In this document: one piece after another, positions 15,401-23,326 of the stretch
Numbering within the stretch: position 1 is the stretch's first letter
Layout of the letters: every line of letters starts with the position of its first letter
IMG/VR virus record: IMGVR_UViG_3300048598_000076
Location: 1 to 33,699 of that record
Source: a virus
Lineage: Duplodnaviria; Caudoviricetes
DNA: 33,699 nucleotides
Strand: one strand, 5' to 3'
The notes under the pieces: generated by a model
Told to the model about the DNA's origin: nothing
Database searches by the model: none
The model's input: the letters and a program-made list of their open reading frames with translations, nothing else
Program-made: the position numbers and the translations under genes

Positions 15401-15609
15401 CGGATAGAGACTGGCTGTCGCATTGCCTCCAGGGCTTGCGCCGCCTTCCGCTGCGCCCTATTTTTCGAATAACTTCCATATGCCGCCCCCGCTCCTATTA
15501 TTAGCGCCGCTTGAACGAACGGGATTATTTGCGCTGTGATTACCATAACACCAGCAGCCTGAAGGGCTCCTGCAATTCCATATGCGATAGGATAAACTAC
15601 TGGCGGCAT
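12445..15609 (-). CDS. tail tip / central fibre protein (lambda J-like) with fibronectin type III repeats
   Basis: YLYGRRR.PG, HKLSG..Y, YS.NPALCIYDYL, ANACD, GGKW and several P..PTGL...L.W...Y...Y.IKA.D.SGN.S FN3-like units; start at MPPVVY. Confidence 0.88.
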   Translation of the reverse strand: MPPVVYPIAYGIAGALQAAGVMVITAQIIPFVQAALIIGAGAAYGSYSKNRAQRKAAQALEAMRQPVSIRNAIAPAQYLYGRRRIPGVLVFCGCSGVKNEYLNLVIAFTAHKMSSLESVMVGEDVVPINGLGQPTSGEYVEKAQFIWHNGDDSQAADSGLIAAMPSYWTVDHKLSGVSYLYCWLKYDTETFPGGGIPNITIIGTGLALYDIRDGSTAYSKNPALCIYDYLTNADRGLGVATSDIDAVSFTASANACDAARALAGGGTEPTYECNYLATADQAPEDVLTDMVQSMAARLVCSGGKWFLLTGYQTPTVSFSEGDLAGPVTLLGTRVSVANRANGARGTFLSESNKWQASDYPAYQSETYLAADDGREAWIDLDLPCTTSASMAQRITKIELERIRREITCKIITNLKGLQVKAGDTIQFSFAHFGWVNKTFEVINWKLSGDEGVGVTVEMTLKETDVNVFAWTAAEEKALPPAPATFLPNPHVVTAPSSVTLASASDGLQADGTVIPRLLLAWTPPSDQFVQSGGRYVIEYKEHAASDWIEAKGPLGAATFAYITAVKVGSCYDVRIKSVNTIGVSSPFVTIENVEVFGDTVAPATPTGLTAKAGTGKAIALDWFDNPESDLLVYAIYRNTSNNSGTALKIAEARVSAFVDADVLLGSTLYYWIKAIDRSGNLSAFSAVAYATVSRITDGDTDASAPATPAAPTYDSSGTQTATDGTVNAYIVIAFAAMTAGMKYQEVFCRVNGTGDEGWVSYGKYANATAGTARVDGLIPGADYEFALRGFSFNGTPSAYSTALDLIAPGNSTVPTTPTGGAVDAAYPHVDARLTSGTGKYSLMGVEIKWNYPAEKDIDYVLIEWTSNNSAPLMGMVITDNAGPGVQRVGKNQNWAVIYKTLLGADGYAQIKFVNTSGVSSLQASVNLSGSFIKMAGSAAAQDVDAMELEGLKLGSASASSVRKVVAVYHESKVVSLAGGTSETFTVDLTNRGFTTAPEVGQITCDYPVNELDCAYDYINGGNSSTTAYIAVNRPDGTSYGAGLRRFSIELIQYA

Positions 15610-15610
15610 T

Positions 15611-16021
15611 TTATTTAACCCTCCAAGCTTTACTAATTTTACTAGTATCAATAAAACTGATACCGTATTCACTTACATAGGCGCAAAAGCGCCCGGTGCA
15701 AATACCAAGAGCTGGGCGCGTATTGTTGTTCGTCATTATCGAGACAATATCTCCGCGAAAAACAAACCCACGAGGAACGCATTTAAGTTGTTTGCACGCG
15801 TCAGCAATTTCCTCGACTCCGCCAAATGGAAGCAGCACGCGAGCCGCTCCGTATGAAGTCGAATAAGTTCCTCGAATTCCTTCTGCGGGATCTGTTCCAG
15901 TGATTTGCTTTACCCAGTCTGACGCAAATATACAGCAATCGTTTGATCCCCATAAAAATGGTGCGTTTCTCCTGTTTTCGATGAATGTCTCTAGCGCCTC
16001 GTCGATGCCTTCGCTTCTCAT
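15611..16021 (-). CDS. NlpC/P60-like tail assembly protein
   Basis: PFLWGSNDCCIFASDWV...TG.DP....RG.Y...RGDIV; canonical position before the tail tip gene. Confidence 0.8.
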   Translation of the reverse strand: MRSEGIDEALETFIENRRNAPFLWGSNDCCIFASDWVKQITGTDPAEGIRGTYSTSYGAARVLLPFGGVEEIADACKQLKCVPRGFVFRGDIVSIMTNNNTRPALGICTGRFCAYVSEYGISFIDTSKISKAWRVK

Positions 16022-16023
16022 GG

Positions 16024-16656
16024 TTAATCTCCGGTGTATACGTTTGTCTTTGTCGATGCAGGTAACCCGCCCCCTACGCTTGAAAACCCAGACTTATTTG
16101 CAATTCCCCAATTTATTTCAGCCTGCTGTATTGTTGGAACATAATCAAAGCCCTTATCGTTTGGAAATTTCTGGCGCTGGCTTCCACGAGTGTAACGCCG
16201 AATTCGAGGGCGACCAAGGTCTAGCAGCGCACTCTCTAGCGAAACAGTTATTACCCCAGTGCCCCCTCCGATTTCAGCGCTCATTACATCCATCTTCCCG
16301 GAAAAAATTTGAACAGGGTCAGTAATGATGGCGTCAAGCGAAGATAGAAAAGCAAGCCATAAGCGACCGGGCCTTCCTTGATACGGCTCAGCAAGAGCAA
16401 GCGCCATTAATTCAGATGGCACACTTGAAAGAGTAAGCGTCATGTTCCTTGGCGCAATATCCGTAGTTTCCTCGGCCGGGCCGACACCTCCTAAGTTACC
16501 AACACCAGCCCAAGTCTTGCCATCCCATATTTTATTTCCTACCCCAGACCAAGCGCGAACAGCGCCGGAATCAAACTCAAGCTCGCAAAATAAAGCAGGC
16601 CGAACAGTCGGGCTTTCTGATTGCGTTACTACTGCCGATGTTAAATTTCTGCTCAT
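16024..16656 (-). CDS. minor tail / hub protein
   Basis: RAWSG.G...WDG..W.GVG.LG...LTLS...F.G.MD...RRYT..Q...FPNDKGFDYV...I.WG. Confidence 0.8.
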   Translation of the reverse strand: MSRNLTSAVVTQSESPTVRPALFCELEFDSGAVRAWSGVGNKIWDGKTWAGVGNLGGVGPAEETTDIAPRNMTLTLSSVPSELMALALAEPYQGRPGRLWLAFLSSLDAIITDPVQIFSGKMDVMSAEIGGGTGVITVSLESALLDLGRPRIRRYTRGSQRQKFPNDKGFDYVPTIQQAEINWGIANKSGFSSVGGGLPASTKTNVYTGD

Positions 16657-17009
16657 TGCGCTTGCTCCACTTTGAATGTAATCCCAAACGTTTTTGCGTC
16701 GTCCACATCCCAGCTTGTTTGCCCCTCGGTTAAGCGTAGGGTCATAGTGCCCGTAACGCCGCTAGGAATATAGGCGCTCATATCTTTTGAAAACGTGTCT
16801 GCGGTGTTGGCGAGTGTGTGCAAAAATGTTATCCAGTTTGATGCCTCCGATGCCTTCATTGGTGGAAGACTAATTTCAAACACCCAGCGTGAACCGCTCC
16901 AAAGCTGAGTTTGCGCTTGAAACGTGAAGGGGGAAATCGTCCGCATCTGCGCTTTTTCAAACGTGGTGCGAACGCTTCTAAATCCAGGTGATGAAGGGAT
17001 GGACGCCAT
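16653..17009 (-). CDS. distal tail-like protein
   Basis: SPFTFQAQ...W...ISLPPM; immediately after the tape measure gene. Confidence 0.65.
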   Translation of the reverse strand: MASIPSSPGFRSVRTTFEKAQMRTISPFTFQAQTQLWSGSRWVFEISLPPMKASEASNWITFLHTLANTADTFSKDMSAYIPSGVTGTMTLRLTEGQTSWDVDDAKTFGITFKVEQAQ

Positions 17010-17011
17010 TT

Positions 17012-18685
17012 TTATCGTCTCCTGATTTGATTGTTCCTCACAACTCCGGTAACGCGAGAGTCAAAATTTTGGTTTAAATTTCGCACCATTGATTCTAGTC
17101 TCTGCACTGCAGCAACATCAGCCCCACGTGCGTCAATATGGAATACATTCCCTCCAGCTCCGCTACTTGATGATGTAGCCGCTGCTGAGAGTATTGTTCC
17201 GCTGATATTCGGCCTGAAGTATTCTTTCCCTGTTTCATTTACTCGATAAAGACTACCTGCTTCAACAGGCCCACCAAGGGCACGCGCAGAAACCGAGCCA
17301 GATCCAAAGAATGCCGGGAGGAGTCCACCACCCATCATTCCTCCAAAAATTGCGTTCATTAATGGATTAATAATTGCGAGCCTTGCCGCAATCTCGATCA
17401 TGCTACGCAAAATCAAATCACCTAATTCTGCAAAGCTTGCCTTTCCATCCATTATCATCGACGCAAAGGCTTGTGATGCACGATCGGATACGTTTTCCCA
17501 CATTTGTGACATCTGAATTTGCATTGACTCGGCCCCTGTCGTTACAGTTTTGCTAAGGCCTTCCATCTCGTTTCCAATATCCTCTACCGTCGTAGGCAGT
17601 TTCTCTAACGACTCCCAAAACTCAATAACCTCTGTCTTTGGCCATAAGTCTTTTAGCCCTGAAAACGCATCCTCCATCGTCTTGCCTGTTGATGTAGACT
17701 CGCTAGCTATATCATTTAGTTCCTTGCCAATTGTGGCGCTGTCGATTGCCTTTTCAAACCATCCTCCTCCGTCAATCTTCGTGATTCCCCTCAAATCTTT
17801 TGCGCGGGCGGCTGCCTTCCTAAATAATTCATCCTGCTGTTTCTCAAGGAAAGCATCCATCTCTTCGGTGGTTGCACTACGTGATGCTTGTACACCAGGA
17901 AGCATCCCGGCAATCTGCGTACCAACCTGCTCCCAGTTTCCTGATAAAATATCAGCAAGGAATACAGTAGTGCTATTTTTAATTTTCCTAAATGAATCCT
18001 CTATCTTTTTGCTCGCAGCGTCGATTTTGGTAATTGTGTATTCGGATATTACCTGCCCTGCCTCTTTTGCTTTTTTCGATACGCCATCAAATCCTTCATC
18101 GCCAAGCTGCTTCAACACCTCAATCAGTTTGGGCGCACTTCTCGCCCCAAGTATATCGACTATGGCCGAGAAAGCAGCCGTAGGATCGTTTGCATTTTGT
18201 AGAGCACGCCCAAGCGCCTCCATCTGTAACTCAGGAGCAAGCTGCCTAAGGTCTGACCATTTCATCCCAAGCTTATCGAACAGTTCGACGGCTTTTTCGC
18301 TTCCGTTTTTTGCTTCCTCGAGTTTCTGCGTGAGGCTAGTTAAGCTTCTTTGTAGCTGCTCTTGTGATACCCCGCTTTTACCAGCCGCCCAGCTTAAGGC
18401 CTGAAATTCTTCAACTCCCATTCGCGCCGCCTCGGAGTTGTCCTTTATTTGAGCGGCATTATCGAATAAGCTCTTTGTGAATGTCACGACACTAGCCACT
18501 GATACAGCTGGAAGAATAGTGGCAATTTGCGCCTTTGCAAAATCAGCCATTTTTTTCCAATCATTATTCATTGCTGCTGTCTTTGCGCGCACAGTCTTGT
18601 TCAGGCTGTCGATCTGCGCCGACATGCGCTGGAGTTCAAGTTGAACTTCAACCGTCAGCGTCCCAACTGTGTTCTTGCCGCTCAT
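17012..18685 (-). CDS. tail tape measure protein (557 aa)
   Basis: VGTLTVEV N-terminus, long helical body, C-terminal RALGGPV..G..Y.V.E.G.E.F.P..SG.I and IDARGAD. Confidence 0.9.
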   Translation of the reverse strand: MSGKNTVGTLTVEVQLELQRMSAQIDSLNKTVRAKTAAMNNDWKKMADFAKAQIATILPAVSVASVVTFTKSLFDNAAQIKDNSEAARMGVEEFQALSWAAGKSGVSQEQLQRSLTSLTQKLEEAKNGSEKAVELFDKLGMKWSDLRQLAPELQMEALGRALQNANDPTAAFSAIVDILGARSAPKLIEVLKQLGDEGFDGVSKKAKEAGQVISEYTITKIDAASKKIEDSFRKIKNSTTVFLADILSGNWEQVGTQIAGMLPGVQASRSATTEEMDAFLEKQQDELFRKAAARAKDLRGITKIDGGGWFEKAIDSATIGKELNDIASESTSTGKTMEDAFSGLKDLWPKTEVIEFWESLEKLPTTVEDIGNEMEGLSKTVTTGAESMQIQMSQMWENVSDRASQAFASMIMDGKASFAELGDLILRSMIEIAARLAIINPLMNAIFGGMMGGGLLPAFFGSGSVSARALGGPVEAGSLYRVNETGKEYFRPNISGTILSAAATSSSSGAGGNVFHIDARGADVAAVQRLESMVRNLNQNFDSRVTGVVRNNQIRRR

Positions 18686-19161
18686 ATCGCAGATATTCCT
18701 TTTGATGTTCTCGACCGCTTGCTCCTGTGAATCATTGCCGCCGCTTTCAACTCTTGGCCAAAGACGTTGGACATTTGCTTGAGAGCGTTCATTCCCTGCT
18801 CATCAAACGCAGGCCGCATGAATGGCTTTCCTTGCACGCGCTTGCCGTTCTTCTTCATGTGCCCCTGCTCTACCAAGTGCGCGTAATTCGCTGGCTCGTT
18901 CTTGCCGCTTCCCATGCCACGACGTGCGCCGAGAACAGCAAACGTAAGCCGCCCCCTTCTGTATTTGCGAATAAAGAACCCGATTGATCTGTCTAGCTCT
19001 CCAGTCCTTCTGCTCTTCGCCACGTTTCGCTTTGCAGCCAGTACTAGTGGTTGCATGGCGGATACAACCGCCTTCAATGACGCCTCTTTTTGAAGACGAA
19101 CAGAAACCTTAGCCAGCGTGTTGGCTAATTCATTCTGCCCAGTTATTTTGAAATACATCAT
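18682..19161 (-). CDS. HK97 gp10-like tail completion protein
   Basis: ITG..EL...L...RTGELDRSI...YAHLVEQGH...PFMRPAFD. Confidence 0.85.
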   Translation of the reverse strand: MMYFKITGQNELANTLAKVSVRLQKEASLKAVVSAMQPLVLAAKRNVAKSRRTGELDRSIGFFIRKYRRGRLTFAVLGARRGMGSGKNEPANYAHLVEQGHMKKNGKRVQGKPFMRPAFDEQGMNALKQMSNVFGQELKAAAMIHRSKRSRTSKGISAI

Positions 19162-19466
19162 GATGCAAACGTCTGCTTAAATGCTCGGAATATGTTGTCC
19201 GCTTGCTCTTCGCTATTCTCGAATTTCTTTTTTGGCTTCGGCATCCAGTCATTGATTCTCCAAATCTTGTCCGTATTTTTCTGCCGTTTGCTGTTCAGGT
19301 AAACACAGTACCACTCGGCGCGGTCTGCCAGCCGTCGCTTCTGTCCCTCGTTCCATTCATCTATCAGGGCGGCTTCCTCTACTGGCATCAAGTCAAGGAA
19401 CTCTTCAGTCGATAGCCTCAGCTCTAAGCGTGCGAAGGCCCACTTGCTGAGGCGCTGTCGTTTTTT
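19158..19466 (-). CDS. tail assembly chaperone C-terminal (gpT-like) segment reached by -1 frameshift
   Basis: The -1 frame is open from the slippery site: KRQRLSKWAFARLELRLSTEEFLDLMPVEEAAL...FKQTFAS. Confidence 0.75.
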   Translation of the reverse strand, partial: KKRQRLSKWAFARLELRLSTEEFLDLMPVEEAALIDEWNEGQKRRLADRAEWYCVYLNSKRQKNTDKIWRINDWMPKPKKKFENSEEQADNIFRAFKQTFAS

Positions 19467-19744
19467 TCTGACGTGCTTTCCCTGATACAGACCGCAAGCG
19501 CAGATATTGCGCCTTCGACATCCTCGCGCTTGATCGCTTCAGCAAGGTCTTCAGGCTTAGCGAATGGGCAATCAATTAGGGTTGCCCACAGCCAGTTCAC
19601 AAGTACGGCGAATGTTTTCTTGCGCTTCCCTAGGTCGCTCAAATCGGTGTTTCCATCAAGCGCAGAAAGGCGGTATTGAGCGCGGTTCGTATAGCGAATT
19701 CCGTACTCCTTACCGCCGATGGTAACTGGTGTTGCTTGGATCAT
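19424..19744 (-). CDS. tail assembly chaperone (gpG-like)
   Basis: VTIGGKEYGIRYT N-terminus; follows the tail tube genes; EKN slippery sequence near the end. Confidence 0.8.
   Translation of the reverse strand: MIQATPVTIGGKEYGIRYTNRAQYRLSALDGNTDLSDLGKRKKTFAVLVNWLWATLIDCPFAKPEDLAEAIKREDVEGAISALAVCIRESTSEKNDSASASGPSHA
19460..19466 (-). other. programmed -1 frameshift heptamer A AAA AAC
   Basis: Minus strand GAA AAA AAC in frame, matching the X XXY YYZ pattern. Confidence 0.8.
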
Positions 19745-20163
19745 GAGATAGGGGGGACGCCGGTGGGTTTAAGTGTAAGCGTACGGGTGGCTTTTCCGTT
19801 TACGGGATTAGCTCCCTCCTCAAAGCCGATAACATCGGCATTGAAAAAGATCGGGTTGCTTGGGTCAGAAACCTTCACAACCTTGAACTTTTGCTGAGTG
19901 CCGATCATCGCCGGCAAGAGCATCTGCCCAGGATCAGTTGGGAGGTCGTTCATCTCGGCGGAAACGTCGGAATAGGTGAATGTCCCGATGGGTTCAAACT
20001 CGCGGATGCCGCTCGTTGAACTGTGGCTTGTCGCGTCCGCTGGTTCGTCGGCAACCTTGCTCGGAGGCGTGATGTCAAGCAGGCCCTTGATCTCAGTGTA
20101 AGCGTCAGTCGAAAGCGACACGTCCCAGATTGATAGCGTAATTCCAAAGGTTTTTGAGGCCAT
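19741..20163 (-). CDS. tail tube protein, paralogue 2
   Basis: MASKTFG...DITPP...DATSHSS.SG.REF...GANPVNGKAT..LTLKPTG.P. Confidence 0.85.
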   Translation of the reverse strand: MASKTFGITLSIWDVSLSTDAYTEIKGLLDITPPSKVADEPADATSHSSTSGIREFEPIGTFTYSDVSAEMNDLPTDPGQMLLPAMIGTQQKFKVVKVSDPSNPIFFNADVIGFEEGANPVNGKATRTLTLKPTGVPPIS

Positions 20164-20189
20164 TGTGTTTTGTGGTTAGCGGTTGCGGT

Positions 20190-20594
20190 TTAGGAAGTCG
20201 GATCAACGCCCGTAGGCTTACATGAAACACTGATGGTGGCCTTGCCATTGACGGGGTTCTGCCCCTCTTGGACTCCCAGCACGATGGCGTTAACGAAGCG
20301 CGCTGTAGCAGATGCGGCCTTGATGTGTTTAAACCTCACAACAGTTCCGACGTTGGCGCGAAGAAAGACTTGCGCGGCATCACTCGGGAGGTCGTTCGCC
20401 TCGAAACTGAAGTCCGTGTGATCCTTTGTGCCGGCGTCGATATACTCACGCACGCCGGAAGCGGAGTCGTGCGAAGTGCAGTCAATCGGCTCGTCCGCCT
20501 TGTAGGTCGGCCAAGTTACGTCGATGAGTCCACCTACAAGCTTGTAGGTCGTATCATAAACATAGAGTGCGCTGCCGAATGTTTTTGAGGCCAT
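20190..20594 (-). CDS. tail tube protein, paralogue 1
   Basis: MASKTFG...DVTWP...IDCTSHDS.SG.REYI...GQNPVNGKAT.SVSCKPTG. Confidence 0.85.
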   Translation of the reverse strand: MASKTFGSALYVYDTTYKLVGGLIDVTWPTYKADEPIDCTSHDSASGVREYIDAGTKDHTDFSFEANDLPSDAAQVFLRANVGTVVRFKHIKAASATARFVNAIVLGVQEGQNPVNGKATISVSCKPTGVDPTS

Positions 20595-20609
20595 GATTTT
20601 ATTCCTTGG

Positions 20610-21005
20610 TTAGGTTTTCTGGTAGTGGATTTCAAAATCTGCTGATGCCATATAAAGGGTGGAACCGTCCTCGATTGAGTCAGGCGAGTCGGCAATGTGC
20701 TCGATGAGGTCGACCGTCGTTCCTATCATTGTACCTTTAAATCCGTTGAGTGCTGCAGCCGTATCCTCGCGCATCATCACTGCGTCCGCATAGGTCGCTG
20801 CAATAAAGTCCATTTGCACGCGCTTCATGAGCAGGCCGCTTTCTCCTCCGTGCGTCAGGTCGCGTTCGCCATAAACTTCAAACATGACAACATGCGGGCG
20901 CTTTGAAGAATCCTGCGGAACACTGAGCCAGTAAACGCCGCCCGTCGCCTTCGATGCCACGGAGGAGACGGCCAGAACCTTGGCGACTAAATCAGCCTGC
21001 ATCAT
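20610..21005 (-). CDS. tail terminator (DUF3168/gp17-like)
   Basis: VY...PQ...P.VV...R.Q.D..A.TY..A....AL.GF.G...ADF.I.Y; between head closure and tail tube. Confidence 0.8.
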   Translation of the reverse strand: MMQADLVAKVLAVSSVASKATGGVYWLSVPQDSSKRPHVVMFEVYGERDLTHGGESGLLMKRVQMDFIAATYADAVMMREDTAAALNGFKGTMIGTTVDLIEHIADSPDSIEDGSTLYMASADFEIHYQKT

Positions 21006-21328
21006 GTGCGGCCTTTCGTTTCCTTGGCCGGAAGAACCAGGAGTTCGCGACGCCCTTGCTCTAGCGGTGTTCCGGTGATCTCAAAAATACGACCGTCGCA
21101 AACGATGCGGTGCTCTGCCGTGATTATCGAGAGGTAGCGCGCGGTAAAAAGCGCGGTGCATTCTGCCTGAACCTGTCCGAATGCCTTGAACTCGCGCGAG
21201 CCCTGTTCTGCTTTGGCAGCCCATACGGTTGCAAACGTGGTCCACGTTTCAACAGGAGCGCCAGCCGTGTCTTTCGTCACGGTCTTGGATTGCAGCTGAA
21301 CCCTGCGGTCAAGTTTTCCTGGGTTCAT
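21002..21328 (-). CDS. head closure / head-tail joining protein (SPP1 gp16-like)
   Basis: MNPGKLDRRV.LQ.....D..G...TW...ATVWA.....RE...F..RY...I....RI...GRIFEI. Confidence 0.92.
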   Translation of the reverse strand: MNPGKLDRRVQLQSKTVTKDTAGAPVETWTTFATVWAAKAEQGSREFKAFGQVQAECTALFTARYLSIITAEHRIVCDGRIFEITGTPLEQGRRELLVLPAKETKGRT

Positions 21329-21534
21329 TTTTTTTGCACATCCTTCCAGACACGATGCTGAATCCGCAATGTATACACGCCAACGATAAGCCCGACGATT
21401 GCAGCGATAAAGCCAACAATTTTTGTTGCCGATTCGATTATTCCGAGGAATCCGCCTGTGCTGCTAATTGAGGCGAACAAATAGCCAAAATATGGACGGC
21501 GCTCAAGAAGGCTTGAAAGATAGGAGTGAATCAT
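21325..21534 (-). CDS. holin-like small membrane protein
   Basis: 69 aa with one strong and one weaker hydrophobic segment and a basic C-terminus. Confidence 0.5.
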   Translation of the reverse strand: MIHSYLSSLLERRPYFGYLFASISSTGGFLGIIESATKIVGFIAAIVGLIVGVYTLRIQHRVWKDVQKK

Positions 21535-21540
21535 GGCTGC

Positions 21541-22578
21541 TTATTCCTTTGCGCTTTCTTTGAGGTTTGCCTTGATCCTAAGCACGGTAGCTTTGACGGT
21601 TTTTTCCATGCCGGAAGTTTTGCTTGAAAGAGGGTCGAATACAGTGGCATCGAGAGCCGCCTTCTGCTCGTCCGTGGCGGCTTCATATCCTGCGTCGAGC
21701 TGCTTGACCAAGGGGAGCGCGACATCAGCTTCCTTTTTACGTTCTGCGTGCGCCCAAGAGAGGATAAGTATGTAGATTCCGACTACGCATATACAGGCAA
21801 CCATTGCCCATTTGAACCACGGCTCGCCTACGACTTGAGAAAGCCCGAAAGAGAGGCAGGAGCTCAAGAATAGAAGGCCAGAAATAGGGGCGAGATTCGC
21901 CAAAATTTTGAGGTAAAACCCTACTCCAATTCCAATCACCGCGAGGGCCAGGCAAACCGCCGCGAAACGATTTAGTCCGACCTGTTGTTCTCGCACGTTC
22001 ACGGCTTTTTCTTTCGCGATTCGCTGCTCATACATGTCGATTAGCTTTTGCAGGTCGGATGCGGCTTTCTTTTTTGCGGCCTCCAATTCCTTATCCTTGG
22101 CTTGAATCGTGGCCGATAAGGCATCCTGCGCGGCCTGCGCCGAGGCACGCAGAGACGCAAGCTCTGTAGTTGCTTGCTGCGCCTGCCCGGTGGCGTCGGA
22201 AACTAGCCGCTTAGCCTCTTCTGCCTTCCCCTCGGCGTTTGCGCGAGCGATGCGCTCACCAACGAGTAGTTGCTCAGGATCAGGCTGAGCGTTGCCGTTA
22301 TTTACCTTCGCAAGCTGGATCGCATCGGAGGTCGTTGCCTTCGGCGCGCCGTCTGGGTTTCCCCTGTTTGCCGTGTCGGCCGTATCCAGATTTGCGGCTA
22401 CACGTTGGCGCTGCTTGTCTGCAAGCTCTCTTTCTCGCTCCGCCTTAATCTTCGCGTCCGCCGCCGCGTTTGTGATTACCGTAAGGTCGATTGTGGGAGC
22501 GGCAACGACGGGCTTCTGTGGCTGCTCAGTAATGCAGCCAGAAAGAAGCAGGAGAAGCGCGAGAAAAAGCGGCTTCAT
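21541..22578 (-). CDS. lipoprotein with long coiled coil and three C-terminal TM segments (single-chain spanin-like architecture)
   Basis: Signal and lipobox MKPLFLALLLLLSG-C; Ala/Gln/Lys-rich helical region; three hydrophobic stretches, then a charged tail. Confidence 0.6.
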   Translation of the reverse strand: MKPLFLALLLLLSGCITEQPQKPVVAAPTIDLTVITNAAADAKIKAERERELADKQRQRVAANLDTADTANRGNPDGAPKATTSDAIQLAKVNNGNAQPDPEQLLVGERIARANAEGKAEEAKRLVSDATGQAQQATTELASLRASAQAAQDALSATIQAKDKELEAAKKKAASDLQKLIDMYEQRIAKEKAVNVREQQVGLNRFAAVCLALAVIGIGVGFYLKILANLAPISGLLFLSSCLSFGLSQVVGEPWFKWAMVACICVVGIYILILSWAHAERKKEADVALPLVKQLDAGYEAATDEQKAALDATVFDPLSSKTSGMEKTVKATVLRIKANLKESAKE

Positions 22579-22736
22579 AAGCTACCTGTTTTCGCGGCCA
22601 GCGCCTTGGCGGCATCAATCGCCTTAGTTCCTGAGGTTTTGAATTTCTGCGCAAGCGTTGGGTTGTTGGCGGCAATAAAAATTCCGGTTAGAACAAGCGA
22701 GATGGCGGCTATCGAGATGCAAATAAGTGATAACAT
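22575..22736 (-). CDS. small single-TM protein (53 aa)
   Basis: Manual translation MLSLICISIAAISLVLTGIFIAANNPTLAQKFKTSGTKAIDAAKALAAKTGSL; AAAGGA upstream; ATGA overlap downstream. Confidence 0.7.
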   Translation of the reverse strand: MLSLICISIAAISLVLTGIFIAANNPTLAQKFKTSGTKAIDAAKALAAKTGSL

Positions 22737-22759
22737 TTTGTATCCTTTTTGTGGTTATT

Positions 22760-23326
22760 TCACTCTGGAAAATAGCGAATGATTTCAGCTCGAAACCGGA
22801 TGTTTTTGCGAGGAATCCAGCCGTCGCTTCTGTGGTTGTTCCGCCCCGAGGTAATCACGGCGGTTTTTCCGAGAGCAACAACCTCGTGAATTATCTGCCC
22901 CTTCTCCCAGTCGTAGACCACGATATCACCAACGGCAATATCAGTGCCGTCAGAAACAGTGAGAAGCGCAACGCAATTGTGGTCAAACAGTGGCCGCATC
23001 GAGCCAGTGGCCGCAATATATGACCACGAATGCCGCGCCGGATCAGCGCGGACCCACATTGAGGCGATGCGCAACGCCTGCGCCTTGGTGTGTTGTACTG
23101 GCAAACTCGATACTTCAGCTCCGTAGGAGTTTGCGGAGATGAATTTCAGCAAGCACAAAACAAACAGCACGGCAAACATGGTGCCGATGATGGGGAGTAG
23201 CGGATTTCTTGAGGTTTTTTTCATACGGAAACCACGTAACCACCCGCGCAAATGGAACGCAAGCTTTTGCAAGTCGCGCTTTACTTGCGCGGCGTTTAGC
23301 CTGCGTTCCTGCTTGCGGGTTAACAT
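22760..23326 (-). CDS. membrane-anchored S26-family (signal peptidase I-like, Ser-His type) peptidase
   Basis: TGSMRP (box B), GDIVVY (box C), IIHEV (box D), TSGRNN..SD (box E), N-terminal TM. Start at 23326 (TAATG coupling) or 23224. Confidence 0.75.
   Translation of the reverse strand: MLTRKQERRLNAAQVKRDLQKLAFHLRGWLRGFRMKKTSRNPLLPIIGTMFAVLFVLCLLKFISANSYGAEVSSLPVQHTKAQALRIASMWVRADPARHSWSYIAATGSMRPLFDHNCVALLTVSDGTDIAVGDIVVYDWEKGQIIHEVVALGKTAVITSGRNNHRSDGWIPRKNIRFRAEIIRYFPE

Noticed and set aside
15611-16021. NlpC/P60-like gene as the endolysin
   Set aside because: Sits in the conserved tail position between hub and tip genes, and the His expected after the GD motif is not evident.
17550-18404. 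284-aa plus-strand ORF
   Set aside because: Ser/Phe-rich antisense mirror of the tape measure gene.
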